Part shown: in pieces, positions 1 through 8,556 of the stretch
Numbering within the stretch: position 1 is the stretch's first letter
Layout: each line of letters starts with the position of its first letter
Assembly: GCA_019057375.1 (NCBI GenBank)
Contig: DXJF01000142.1
Span: forward strand, 1 to 17,169
DNA from: Candidatus Heimdallarchaeota archaeon
GTDB lineage: Archaea; Asgardarchaeota; Heimdallarchaeia; Heimdallarchaeales; Heimdallarchaeaceae
Direction of reading: 5' to 3'
DNA length: 17,169 bases
Program-made: the position numbers and the translations under genes
The notes under the pieces: generated by a model
Databases searched by the model: none
Seen by the model: the letters and a program-made list of their open reading frames with translations, nothing else
What the model was told of the DNA's origin: nothing

Positions 1-359
1 AATTGTTTTTTGTTAAAATTCCCTGAAGCAACAATATTTTGGATAACAATTTCAGGTTCCTCTGTAATTACTACACCCACTTTTTTCAATATTTCAGATA
101 TTGTTTTCACACCAATTCTTACATCTTCGGTAGTTTTTGCCCCTGTCAATACGAGTTTTCCTGAATTAAAAATAAGACTTGAAACTTTGGGGTTCTTGAT
201 TTTTAAAATAACTCCTGGAAATTTATCGGGATTATAGTCTATATATATTGACTCATTATCTATCAGTCTCTGATAAATTTCTACTAAGTCTATTGATGTA
301 AACAAGTCTATAGATGAAACAATATTTTGAATCGTTATATTAAATTCAGGTTTTTTCAC
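1..359 (-). CDS. tbp: TATA-box-binding protein, 5' part (runs off the window edge; GTG start at 359)
   Basis: Manual translation of the minus strand: MKKPEFNITIQNIVSSIDLFTSIDLVEIYQRLIDNESIYIDYNPDKFPGVILKIKNPKVSSLIFNSGKLVLTGAKTTEDVRIGVKTISEILKKVGVVITEEPEIVIQNIVASGNF. It contains the TBP motifs IQNIV(A/S)S twice, YxPxxFPG and LIFxSGKxVxTGAK. Not in the ORF track. Confidence 0.95.
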   Translation of the reverse strand, partial: MKKPEFNITIQNIVSSIDLFTSIDLVEIYQRLIDNESIYIDYNPDKFPGVILKIKNPKVSSLIFNSGKLVLTGAKTTEDVRIGVKTISEILKKVGVVITEEPEIVIQNIVASGNFNKKQ

Positions 360-487
360 TTTAAATCCATGTCCTTTTAAAGCAAGTTTATTTTTTTTTT
401 TAGCATGTAAGTATTTTGATATGTATTGAAATAATTCACTTTTCAAAAAGCTGAAATTGAGCGTGTTTTACTTTAAATATGTGTTTA

Positions 488-510
488 AAGGAAAAAAATA
501 GAAAAAGTGA
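488..510 (-). terminator. U-rich archaeal terminator candidate downstream of the GNAT gene
   Basis: Minus strand reads TCACTTTTTCTATTTTTTTCCTT about 20 nt after the stop at 531. Confidence 0.4.
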
Positions 511-530
511 ATAAGATGGGAAGAATCAAT

Positions 531-1475
531 TTAGATTCTTTTAAACATCAGATTTTTGTCTAGAGTTGTATCTCTTACAAAATTAGATTTTTGAAAATCA
601 ATCATTTTATCAGCTTGGTGCAAGAATACTCTAAATTCAAGTTTTTCAAAATCTTCGCTATCTTTGATCCTATCTTTTAATTTCTTTGCTAGATTAGACA
701 AGAGTTCGATAGTTAGAATTGTTTTTGATTGTAAATATACTGAGCAACTCAGTCTTGTTTTTTTATCACGGCAAGAGAGGAAACCAATATGTTCATCGTT
801 ATCTAATACCTGAAGAAATTTATATTTAGCTTTGGAAATACTCTTAGATATACTTTTGTGATAAGCATCTATTCTATTTTCTTGCATATAGTCCTCCCCA
901 TCATTCTGTGAAACAGTTTCTATCTCACCCAGAACTGTATCTGAATAAAGATTCTTGACTTCATCGGTGTAAACCAGTATTCTTTCAAGTTTGATAGAAT
1001 TACTCTCAGACTTGGTTATTTTATCAAGGGTAATAGAGATAGTTGTAACTCCTAAACCAACAAATTTGTAATCTGTTTTCTTATACAAATTGATAGCAGA
1101 CTCGTTTGAACTCAAAACAGCTAAAGCCACGAATTTCTTCTGGGTTTCTTTAGCTCTTTTCTCAGAAAAATCCATCATAAACTTTCCTAGACCCTTTTTC
1201 CTGAATTCAGGCAAAACAGCTATTCCATAGATAAAGGCATCAGTTCCTTTTTTGTTTCTTAGAGCGAGTACACCAGCTCTCTTACCATTATAATAGCAGA
1301 AATAATTCTCGGCAGTTATTCTAAAAAATATGAACATGAAGAAACGCATGATTGAAGAGAAACTAGCAATTTCGGGATCACTAGGAATAAGCAGTTTCAA
1401 GTAGTTTTTCTTATATGACCTCCATTGGAAAAGATTAACACTTCTCATCTCAATTTGATTGTTCTCTACTACCAT
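531..1475 (-). CDS. GNAT family N-acetyltransferase (N-terminal GNAT domain plus a degenerate second domain)
   Basis: Acetyl-CoA motif A IAVLPEFRKKGLGKFMM and motif B NESAINLYKK; 314 aa. Confidence 0.88.
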   Translation of the reverse strand: MVVENNQIEMRSVNLFQWRSYKKNYLKLLIPSDPEIASFSSIMRFFMFIFFRITAENYFCYYNGKRAGVLALRNKKGTDAFIYGIAVLPEFRKKGLGKFMMDFSEKRAKETQKKFVALAVLSSNESAINLYKKTDYKFVGLGVTTISITLDKITKSESNSIKLERILVYTDEVKNLYSDTVLGEIETVSQNDGEDYMQENRIDAYHKSISKSISKAKYKFLQVLDNDEHIGFLSCRDKKTRLSCSVYLQSKTILTIELLSNLAKKLKDRIKDSEDFEKLEFRVFLHQADKMIDFQKSNFVRDTTLDKNLMFKRI

Positions 1476-1775
1476 GAGATTGGATTTGAATTTGGTAATA
1501 TTAAGATACTTATCGGTAGACTATGTGTCAGCTTGGGTTATTTATTTGATACTTGAATTTGATTATGTAATATTTTAATTCTCTTGTTCTAAATAAACAA
1601 AACAAGTAAAATCTGCAGAGAAATAGACCCAGAAATCAATTTTACTACGTAATCTATTTATTTGTATTTTAATTCTAGCAACTAGATTCATATTCTAAAA
1701 AATCTCTTACATTATTACTCATTCTTATACCTCTTAAACATCAAAAATGCAGAGAAGAAATCAATATATAAAAAA

Positions 1776-1785
1776 TTTTTATAAG
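1776..1785 (+). promoter_or_regulatory. TATA box of the 1810 gene (leaderless spacing)
   Basis: TTTTTATAAG about 26-34 nt upstream of the ATG at 1810; part of the inverted repeat TATAAAAA-A-TTTTTATA at 1767-1783. Confidence 0.55.
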
Positions 1786-1809
1786 TGTTCATGAGACATT
1801 TTCTATTGG

Positions 1810-2130
1810 ATGGATAATAACAAAAAAATGAATATAATCAAAGGTATTGCTGGTGTATTAATTCTTTTATTAGGGTTGGGAGTAATTTTCGGCTTTACTA
1901 GTGGTTTTTTTGATGAATCCTTTCCTTGGGTATTAATATCAATTGTTTGTAGTACTGTAGTTCTGCTTATATCTGGATTATTATTTCTACCGAGAGCTAG
2001 AATACAAAAACCTTCTAGAACACATGAATTTAGAACTGATCAGCACAATAGAGAATATCACAAAACAGTTCAAAAGAGAGAATCTAAGGATTTTATCCCT
2101 ACACAAAAACACAATCAAAAAAATAAGTAA
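1810..2130 (+). CDS. Small membrane protein with two TM helices; probably the N-terminal part of a frameshifted TM-TM-zinc-ribbon protein ending at 2215
   Basis: Two hydrophobic segments followed by a charged linker; stop comes just after the A7 run at 2117-2123. Confidence 0.7.
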   Translation: MDNNKKMNIIKGIAGVLILLLGLGVIFGFTSGFFDESFPWVLISIVCSTVVLLISGLLFLPRARIQKPSRTHEFRTDQHNREYHKTVQKRESKDFIPTQKHNQKNK

Positions 2131-2215
2131 TAAAAATAGATCTTGTAATCATTGTGGCATTAAACTTAAAGTAAAAACACGAATTTGCACAAATTGTGGT
2201 CAGAATTTAGATTAA
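2024..2215 (+). CDS. Zinc-ribbon segment (CxxC-x10-CxxC); probably the out-of-frame C-terminus of the 1810 gene rather than an independent gene
   Basis: RSCNHCGIKLKVKTRICTNCGQNLD lies in the +1 frame; removing one A from the run at 2117-2123 fuses it to the 1810 ORF. Confidence 0.55.
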   Translation: MNLELISTIENITKQFKRENLRILSLHKNTIKKISNKNRSCNHCGIKLKVKTRICTNCGQNLD

Positions 2216-2243
2216 AAAAAGGAAAAAAAGAAAAATGAACTTA

Positions 2244-3953
2244 TCATTTTCTTCTACGTTTTCTGAAAACTAGAAATAAGATAACTATTGTACCTAAAAT
2301 TAAGCTCGCTGTGATGGTAAATTCTCTTACGTGAGGGACTTGATAAAGTACATATTCACAGTTCGATATTGTACTATTATAGATTCCATTATCAGCTACT
2401 ATTGCATAGTAATAATAACCATCTGAAGGTAGATTGTCAGTTAGGTCATCAGTGAAAGATGATGAGAGTGGTGTTAGACTTTCCAAATCAGTTATGAACG
2501 ATGAAGACTTATAGATGTGGTATGTAGTTGCACCTGATACCTCAGTCCAGTCTAAATTGATGACATCGCTCTCTGTAGGATTGGGAACGATAGGTGAAAG
2601 AATAGGACTGTTTATTGGACCATTATAACATCTGTAAAGAATGTCAGAGTCAGAACCAGCGTTAACTATTTTAGATTCGTCTTTCCAAACGATGTGTATG
2701 TAGCCTGAATCATCAATACAAATGTCTGCTCTTTCTGATGTAGAGTTTGAAGTAGATGAAATAACCTCAACGGAAGCAATTAAATCTGATCCAACTTTTC
2801 TATAGAAAATATCGTCATCAGTACCAATGTTACCAATATCAGTATTATCATCCCAAACAATATGAGCTACATTATTGCTATCAACAGCAAGTTGTGGGTT
2901 GAAAGAACTTGCAGAACTAGTCCACGATATTATTTCTGATACAGTCCACGTATCTGTTTGGAGGTTTCTATATTTATAGAAAATATCTGTATCGACTCCG
3001 CTACCATCATATTCGGTATGATCAGACCAAGCTAAATGAGCATTCCCTAAAGAATCGACGTCTATGATAGGATTGTATGAAAGTGCAGTACTTTCTGTAC
3101 TTACTAATTCTAAAGCAGACCAACTACTAGTTGTGAAATCCCATTTCTTGTAATATAAATCAAAGTCTGTTCCTGAACTGAAAATATCTGTGTTATCAAG
3201 ATATGCGATATGTAGATTATTCCATAAATCAATTTTCATCGTAGGTTGCTGCGCTTCAGCAGAGCTTTCCACCGACACAATTTCAGTAGGAAGCCAGCTT
3301 TGAGTAATATTGTTCCACCTCCTATGGTGAATGTCTTGTTTAGATGTATATTCCTTCCAAGCAACATGAACATTTCCCAGAGTATCTACAGCAACAACTG
3401 GAGAAATAGAAAAGTCTGTACTATCCACTGAAATATACTGTGTTGTTTCCCAATTTTTTAGATAAACATTCCATTTTTTGTAAAATATGTCATAAGTAGG
3501 GCTACTAGTTCCTGTATAATCATGGCCGTCTCTCCATACTACATGTACATTACCAGCACTATCTATAGCAATATCAGGTTCAATAGAATCTAAAGAACTT
3601 TCAGGTGTTAGAACTTCAGTATTACTCCAACTGTGTTTCTTAACATTCCATTTCTTATAAAAAAGGTCCTGATCAATTCCGGAAGAGGAATAATCTGTTT
3701 GATCAACCCACACAACATGTACATTTCCCTCTTTATCAACTGCAGCAGAAGGTTTGTCAGAAACTGATGTACTTTCAGAAGAGACAAGCTCTACCGGTTT
3801 CCAATTCCATGAAGTAAGTTCAGAATAAGTGTTTGAAGGGTTAAGAATTTTAGAATCTTGAAGAGCAAAAGAGTTGGTGTCATTTAAAGCAAAAACACTG
3901 AAAGAGAGGAAAAGAAGTAAAATAAAAACTATAGAGAAATTATTTTTTTTCAT
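2244..3953 (-). CDS. Secreted cell-surface protein: 7 x ~55-60 aa repeats (predicted beta-propeller), fibronectin-III-like domain, C-terminal TM anchor with basic tail
   Basis: Signal peptide MKKNNFSIVFILLLFLSFSVFA (ATG at 3953; alternative GTG at 3962). Seven repeats of P-x3-D-x2-(G/N)-x2-H-x2-W/Y-x-D…D-(I/L)-x-Y. FN3-like INLDWTEVSGATTYHIY…YYYAIVA. C-terminus VPHVREF-TM-RKRRRK. Confidence 0.85.
   Translation of the reverse strand: MKKNNFSIVFILLLFLSFSVFALNDTNSFALQDSKILNPSNTYSELTSWNWKPVELVSSESTSVSDKPSAAVDKEGNVHVVWVDQTDYSSSGIDQDLFYKKWNVKKHSWSNTEVLTPESSLDSIEPDIAIDSAGNVHVVWRDGHDYTGTSSPTYDIFYKKWNVYLKNWETTQYISVDSTDFSISPVVAVDTLGNVHVAWKEYTSKQDIHHRRWNNITQSWLPTEIVSVESSAEAQQPTMKIDLWNNLHIAYLDNTDIFSSGTDFDLYYKKWDFTTSSWSALELVSTESTALSYNPIIDVDSLGNAHLAWSDHTEYDGSGVDTDIFYKYRNLQTDTWTVSEIISWTSSASSFNPQLAVDSNNVAHIVWDDNTDIGNIGTDDDIFYRKVGSDLIASVEVISSTSNSTSERADICIDDSGYIHIVWKDESKIVNAGSDSDILYRCYNGPINSPILSPIVPNPTESDVINLDWTEVSGATTYHIYKSSSFITDLESLTPLSSSFTDDLTDNLPSDGYYYYAIVADNGIYNSTISNCEYVLYQVPHVREFTITASLILGTIVILFLVFRKRRRK
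2620..3810 (-). repeat. Seven intragenic protein repeats (propeller blades)
   Basis: Repeat cores: VDKEGNVHVVW, IDSAGNVHVVW, VDTLGNVHVAW, IDLWNNLHIAY, VDSLGNAHLAW, VDSNNVAHIVW, IDDSGYIHIVW. Confidence 0.85.
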
Positions 3954-4124
3954 ATTAGTCACATTTTAAGTGTTTATTCAACTGACTAGTTAACAAAAAG
4001 ATAGCAATAAACTTTTCTAGATATCCTTCTGTCCAGCAAGTAAGTTCCATAAAATGAAGAATTACAAGGTTACTGTAAGTAAGAAAAAGAAATCATTATT
4101 AAATGCTTAATCTCTTGAAAAGCT

Positions 4125-4907
4125 ATGGAAGTACTCTCAACCACTCTAGCTTATTCAGGTGCAGATAAAATAGTAAAAAAGCTTAAAGAGATTTCAGGTG
4201 GAAAAATATTAGATATAGGAACAGGGTATGGAGAATTTATTGGTTTTCTCAAACAAGCTTTGAGAAGTTTTGATTCTTTTGTAGGTGTAGATCTTAATGA
4301 AGAGGAACTAAAGAAAGCAGAGAAGGAACATGGAACAATTGCAAAATTCAAGAAAATGAACGCTGAAAAGCTAGATTTTCCAGATAAAACCTTTGATATA
4401 GTAAGCGTGGCTAGTTCTCTTCATCACCTGGAAAAACCAGAAAGAGTATTGAAAGAGATGTTCAGGGTAGTCAAACCTCAAGGCTATCTGATTATTCAAG
4501 AAATGTATTCAGATCTTACTCAAACAGAAGCACAACTAGCTACTTTACAGGTTCATCACTTTGGAGCGAAAATAGATACTCTATTAGGAGAATATCATAG
4601 AGAAACTTACACAAAAGAGGAAATAAAAGAAATGGTGAGTATACTAAATGCAGAAGAACTAGGAATATTTGATTCTACTAGATATCCTAAATGTTTATTC
4701 TGTGAGGATAAAGACCAGTGTGATAACCCAAAGGATAAAGCGTTGATTCAGAGTCAAATAGAAGACTTAAAGTCTTCACTGGAAAAGATAAGTGATTATC
4801 CAGAATATGAACAACTAGAAAAGGAAGCAAAGAAGCTAGAACAAGATATAAGGAAAAACGGGATTACCGATGCTTCAATATTATTCATTTTAGCTAAAAA
4901 AAAGTAG
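4125..4907 (+). CDS. Class I SAM-dependent methyltransferase
   Basis: Motif I ILDIGTGYG, post-I VGVD, motif II FPDKTFDIV, then SLHHL and EMFRVVKPQG; TTATTAAAT TATA-like box about 25 nt upstream. Confidence 0.9.
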   Translation: MEVLSTTLAYSGADKIVKKLKEISGGKILDIGTGYGEFIGFLKQALRSFDSFVGVDLNEEELKKAEKEHGTIAKFKKMNAEKLDFPDKTFDIVSVASSLHHLEKPERVLKEMFRVVKPQGYLIIQEMYSDLTQTEAQLATLQVHHFGAKIDTLLGEYHRETYTKEEIKEMVSILNAEELGIFDSTRYPKCLFCEDKDQCDNPKDKALIQSQIEDLKSSLEKISDYPEYEQLEKEAKKLEQDIRKNGITDASILFILAKKK

Positions 4908-5089
4908 TTTTTCTCTATATGATATTCTTCAACTTTGATAATTATTATTGAAATTTTCTGGAAAAAATTTTCTTCTTGCAAAGTTTTGCGTTTGAAGAAA
5001 TTTCTAGGAAAAAAAAATAGATTTAGAAAGAATTAATACAAAGTATCTTTTTACTATTAGAATACTAAATGATTATCAAAGGTGAAAAA

Positions 5090-5275
5090 ATGCCAGTAGT
5101 ACAAGTCCATTTGTGGGAAGGTCGAACAGAAGAACAAATTAAAGAAATTATAGAAGGAATAACAGATGTTTTTGTGAAAATGGGATCTAAACCTGAATCT
5201 GTTAGGGTTCTTGTTCAAGATTATCCCAAAACACATTGGGGGATGAATGGAAAACCAGCTTCAGAAAAGAATTAA
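5090..5275 (+). CDS. 4-oxalocrotonate tautomerase family protein, copy 1
   Basis: Mature Pro1, Arg11, Arg38 (equivalent to 4-OT Arg39) and HWG…GG/NG-like C-terminal motif; GGTGA RBS at 5081-5085 favours the ATG at 5090 over 5069; 61 aa. Confidence 0.92.
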   Translation: MPVVQVHLWEGRTEEQIKEIIEGITDVFVKMGSKPESVRVLVQDYPKTHWGMNGKPASEKN

Positions 5276-5330
5276 AGCTCATTCCTTCAAAGTATCCTTC
5301 GAATTTTTCTTCATTTTTCATTTTACTTAC

Positions 5331-5341
5331 AACAGTTCTAA
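5331..5341 (+). repeat. 11-bp direct repeat AACAGTTCTAA, copy 1 (copy 2 at 7657-7667), bracketing the DUF3160 gene
   Basis: Exact match read from the sequence. Confidence 0.6.
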
Positions 5342-5376
5342 TGGTTTTTCAAAGAAAAAAAGAGAAAAGTTAGATA

Positions 5377-7608
5377 TTATTTCTTTTTAAAATTTAGGGG
5401 AACAGCTATTGACATATCAATAGAAATTGAATCTGTAGTTATTGGAATATTATCAGTGATCCACAGAGGTAAAGCAGGAGGAGATGAATCTAGAATTGTT
5501 TGCCATTCTTCATCAGTTAAACGCTGATCATATGGCTGTAAGAATTCATAGTAAGAAAATGTTACTCCTCTAGTAAGAAAGAGCGAACCTGTATGATCTT
5601 GTACAATAACATAAATCAGAAACGGATTCCCGACAGCTACCTCTAATACTTGCCCTGAATTCGGATCAGTGTGCACATCAGCAATTAAAGCAGTTCTTTT
5701 ATCCGCTTCGTTTTGATACAATTCGGTTGCACCATAATTGAAAGAAACTATGGTTTGAAACTTCTTACCTAGATGATGAATGAAACTCATTTCGTTCTCG
5801 CTTAATTCCTCATTTTGTAGTTCCTTAATACTTAGTTCAGTTAATATATCGAAAGCTTTTGCTAACTCATCGAATTTCAAGGTAAAATTACTAAAGATTT
5901 GTTCAGAGTAATATGTACTGCTGCTGCTGTTTTCATACAAAACTCCCCTTGTTTGCAAACCTTCCTTCAGCATTCTTAGGGTCGCAGCTATCCTTGAATA
6001 GACTTTAGGGTAAGGTTCAACATAATGAACTACTTGATCACCTAAACCAAGCACAGTATATGATTGCTTTGCATAAAGTATAGTGTCATGCTTGAGTTCA
6101 ACCCAACTCCCTAAAGATGTAACAAGAGACTTATCTGTCCAAGTATCGGATTGCATATACCTTGGATAGCCTGCTTCTTTTTCTTCCAATAGTGGTAAGA
6201 GAGTATAAAGCCACTGCCAGTAGATATTTTGTGTCCAATTAGACATACCGAGATTACCAAATTCGTCTCTTAATTCAATTATTTTCTCTTCATATCCTGT
6301 ATATGATTTTTCAGAATCAAGATGAAATTCAGCTCTTTCACTTCCAAAAACAGAGAAAATATCTAGCGCTTTTGGGATATAACGGTCAGGTAGATTATCA
6401 TACACTAACTCTTGAAAGATATAAGCATCAGGCGTATAGCTTTGCCCAAAGAGTCTGAAGCCTTTTACTATACTTTCAGCTCCTTCAAATGCTGCAGTAT
6501 ATCGTGAATTTATCTTAGGAGCTCTCAACTCTTTTAAGCTTATAATTATTTCTTCTACAAAGGTATCATTATTCAAATCAGCAAAGTTAATACTTCCTGC
6601 TTGTTCCCAGATTGTGAAATAATCAACAGGGGTAAGATCATCACTTCCACCAACAAGAAAATTGGTTGTTCTACAGATGTTATCCCAATAATTCCATACT
6701 GTTTCATCATTTATTTCTAATGAAAACGAATAAACAAGTGCTAAAGCCATCCTAGTTTGATGGATTCCTATACTGTTATCTAGCGATAAATCATCAAGTA
6801 TGAAACCCATCCTTCCAGCATACATCATTGCCTTGAAGTAGCGTTCAAATTGCTCATTTCTTGTGTAATGTCCCCTTGGTGTATATTGAGAATAATCCTC
6901 CTCATAACCAAAAATTGGAGATGCAGCTCTTACACTTTGATCTATATTGCCCAGTTCAGAAGAAACTAGTGTATTAACATAAGATGGAATAGTTACTAGA
7001 TTATCCAATTGGTACATTAAAACAGTAAGGTAAGCAACATTGTATTTCAGAGAATCCTTAACACCTGGATCTGTAGTTATTAAATATAAATCCATTTGTT
7101 CTTCTCGAAGTGTATTTAGCATTAAACTAAAATTACTATAAAAATACTCCAGTTCCATAATTCTTAAACAATTATCGAAAATTGAATGTAAGACATGAAG
7201 ACAAAAATCTGTCGAAATATACATTGGTGTATCTAAAAAATCATCATAGTACATAGGATGAAATATATCCTCGATTCCCCTATCAACTATCGCAAAACCA
7301 TAATCTTCGAGTTGTTGAATCATCTCAGAAGTTAATTCCCCTTCTAGTTCTTGCAAATCAACATTTGACAAACCAGACTTGATAGGCGTAGGTATTATCG
7401 AAGGTGTGTAATTATAAGATTGAAGATCATAAGCTCCAAAATCGTTCATAACACTCTTTGGAAGCTGAATTTCCTCCCGAAACTCTGGATTGATTCCTAA
7501 GCGTAATAAGTATGGATAAAGATAGATTCCACCGACTACTAAGGAACTGATTATAAGTGCTGAAATAATTCCTGCTTGAACAGGTTTTTTTGGATTAGTA
7601 ATTCTCAT
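5377..7608 (-). CDS. DUF3160 domain-containing protein with N-terminal membrane anchor
   Basis: Family-typical motifs EDYSQYTPRGHYTR…YFKAMMYAGR, RLFGQSYTPDAYIFQELV, LGSWVELKHDTILYAKQSY, YVEPYP, ALIADVHTDP, GVTFSYYEF…RLTDEEW; 743 aa. Confidence 0.85.
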   Translation of the reverse strand: MRITNPKKPVQAGIISALIISSLVVGGIYLYPYLLRLGINPEFREEIQLPKSVMNDFGAYDLQSYNYTPSIIPTPIKSGLSNVDLQELEGELTSEMIQQLEDYGFAIVDRGIEDIFHPMYYDDFLDTPMYISTDFCLHVLHSIFDNCLRIMELEYFYSNFSLMLNTLREEQMDLYLITTDPGVKDSLKYNVAYLTVLMYQLDNLVTIPSYVNTLVSSELGNIDQSVRAASPIFGYEEDYSQYTPRGHYTRNEQFERYFKAMMYAGRMGFILDDLSLDNSIGIHQTRMALALVYSFSLEINDETVWNYWDNICRTTNFLVGGSDDLTPVDYFTIWEQAGSINFADLNNDTFVEEIIISLKELRAPKINSRYTAAFEGAESIVKGFRLFGQSYTPDAYIFQELVYDNLPDRYIPKALDIFSVFGSERAEFHLDSEKSYTGYEEKIIELRDEFGNLGMSNWTQNIYWQWLYTLLPLLEEKEAGYPRYMQSDTWTDKSLVTSLGSWVELKHDTILYAKQSYTVLGLGDQVVHYVEPYPKVYSRIAATLRMLKEGLQTRGVLYENSSSSTYYSEQIFSNFTLKFDELAKAFDILTELSIKELQNEELSENEMSFIHHLGKKFQTIVSFNYGATELYQNEADKRTALIADVHTDPNSGQVLEVAVGNPFLIYVIVQDHTGSLFLTRGVTFSYYEFLQPYDQRLTDEEWQTILDSSPPALPLWITDNIPITTDSISIDMSIAVPLNFKKK

Positions 7609-7636
7609 ACTTTATCACTGAACTTAAGTAAAAGAC

Positions 7637-7666
7637 CTTTATATGTCTAGAACTCGAACAGTTCTA
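7637..7666 (-). promoter_or_regulatory. TATA box of the DUF3160 gene with an abutting palindromic operator candidate TAGAAC-N7-GTTCTA
   Basis: Minus-strand ATATAAAG at 7644-7637, about 30 nt upstream of the ATG; perfect inverted repeat 7648-7653 / 7661-7666. Confidence 0.5.
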
Positions 7667-7731
7667 AAGCCATTCTAGTGAGGTTTAACAGAGTGTGTTT
7701 CACTCCTAGAACAGTTAAGAAAATAGCTGTT

Positions 7732-8223
7732 TCAATCAATTTTTTCTTTATCCCAAGAATAGTATCTAAGTTGTTTCTTAATTGTCAAGTAATTTAGAAG
7801 ATACAAAACACAGTTTACTCCCAATAGAACAATACCATTAATAGCAGCAATTAAAGGATTTATGAAAACTAGAATGAAGGTCACAACAAAAGCAGTAATG
7901 AGAAATGAGATTAAGAAAATTCTTCTAGGAATTAACTCCCCCTTAATTATTTGTGCAGAGAATTTCACAGGTACATTGATTTCCTTAATGTCAAGACCCT
8001 TTTGAAGAAGCTTATATCTGTTAGAGGGGAGTTTTTCGAGAAGATTAGCTTCTACAAGTTTATCCAGATGCCATAAAACTGTACTTGGACTATTAAATTC
8101 CAATTTGCGTTTAGCTTCACGAACACCAAAATCCTCTGGATAAACTGATTTAGAAAACAGAAAAAGCTTTAAAGTTGCAGGATGATTAAGAGCTTCAATT
8201 TCTGAAGTATCTTGAGTGTCCAT
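7732..8223 (-). CDS. Winged helix-turn-helix transcriptional regulator with two C-terminal TM helices
   Basis: GVREAKRKLEFNSPSTVLWHLDKLVEANLLEK…NRY matches the archaeal wHTH pattern GVRE…SSPS…HLxKL; two hydrophobic helices near the C-terminus. Confidence 0.8.
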   Translation of the reverse strand: MDTQDTSEIEALNHPATLKLFLFSKSVYPEDFGVREAKRKLEFNSPSTVLWHLDKLVEANLLEKLPSNRYKLLQKGLDIKEINVPVKFSAQIIKGELIPRRIFLISFLITAFVVTFILVFINPLIAAINGIVLLGVNCVLYLLNYLTIKKQLRYYSWDKEKID

Positions 8224-8370
8224 GCTAAGGTTAAAGGGATAAACAGTTAAATGTTTTACCTAGATTTTATAATGAAATTAGTTTAAATTTCTAGAAGATA
8301 TTGTTATAGAAAAAATTAAAACAAGTCATACTTCTGTTATCTCAATCTAATAATCATTAAAGGTGATATA

Positions 8371-8556
8371 ATGCCAGTAGTACAAGTACATTTATGGGAA
8401 GGTAGAACAGAAGAACAAATCAAAGAAATTATTGAAGGAATAACTGATGTTTTTGTTAAGATGGGTTCTAAACCTGCATCTGTTAGAGTTCTTGTTCAAG
8501 ATTATCCTAAAACACATTGGGGAATGAATGGAAAACCAGCTTCAGAAAAAAACTAG
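8371..8556 (+). CDS. 4-oxalocrotonate tautomerase family protein, copy 2
   Basis: 60/61 aa identical to copy 1 (E36A); GGTGA RBS upstream; 170/186 nt identical. Confidence 0.92.
   Translation: MPVVQVHLWEGRTEEQIKEIIEGITDVFVKMGSKPASVRVLVQDYPKTHWGMNGKPASEKN

Noticed and set aside
10-237. 75-aa plus-strand ORF
   Set aside because: Antisense shadow of tbp.
3246-4981. Short ORFs 3246-3431, 4151-4351 and 4796-4981
   Set aside because: Antisense to well-supported genes, with no recognisable motifs.
5069-5089. 7-aa N-terminal extension of tautomerase copy 1
   Set aside because: The family needs an N-terminal Pro after Met removal; the RBS and copy 2 support the ATG at 5090.
7609-7731. Integron attC site
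   Set aside because: TTAAC…GTTAA arms exist but span only about 38 nt and lack proper L boxes; no comparable site after the other genes and no integrase in the window.
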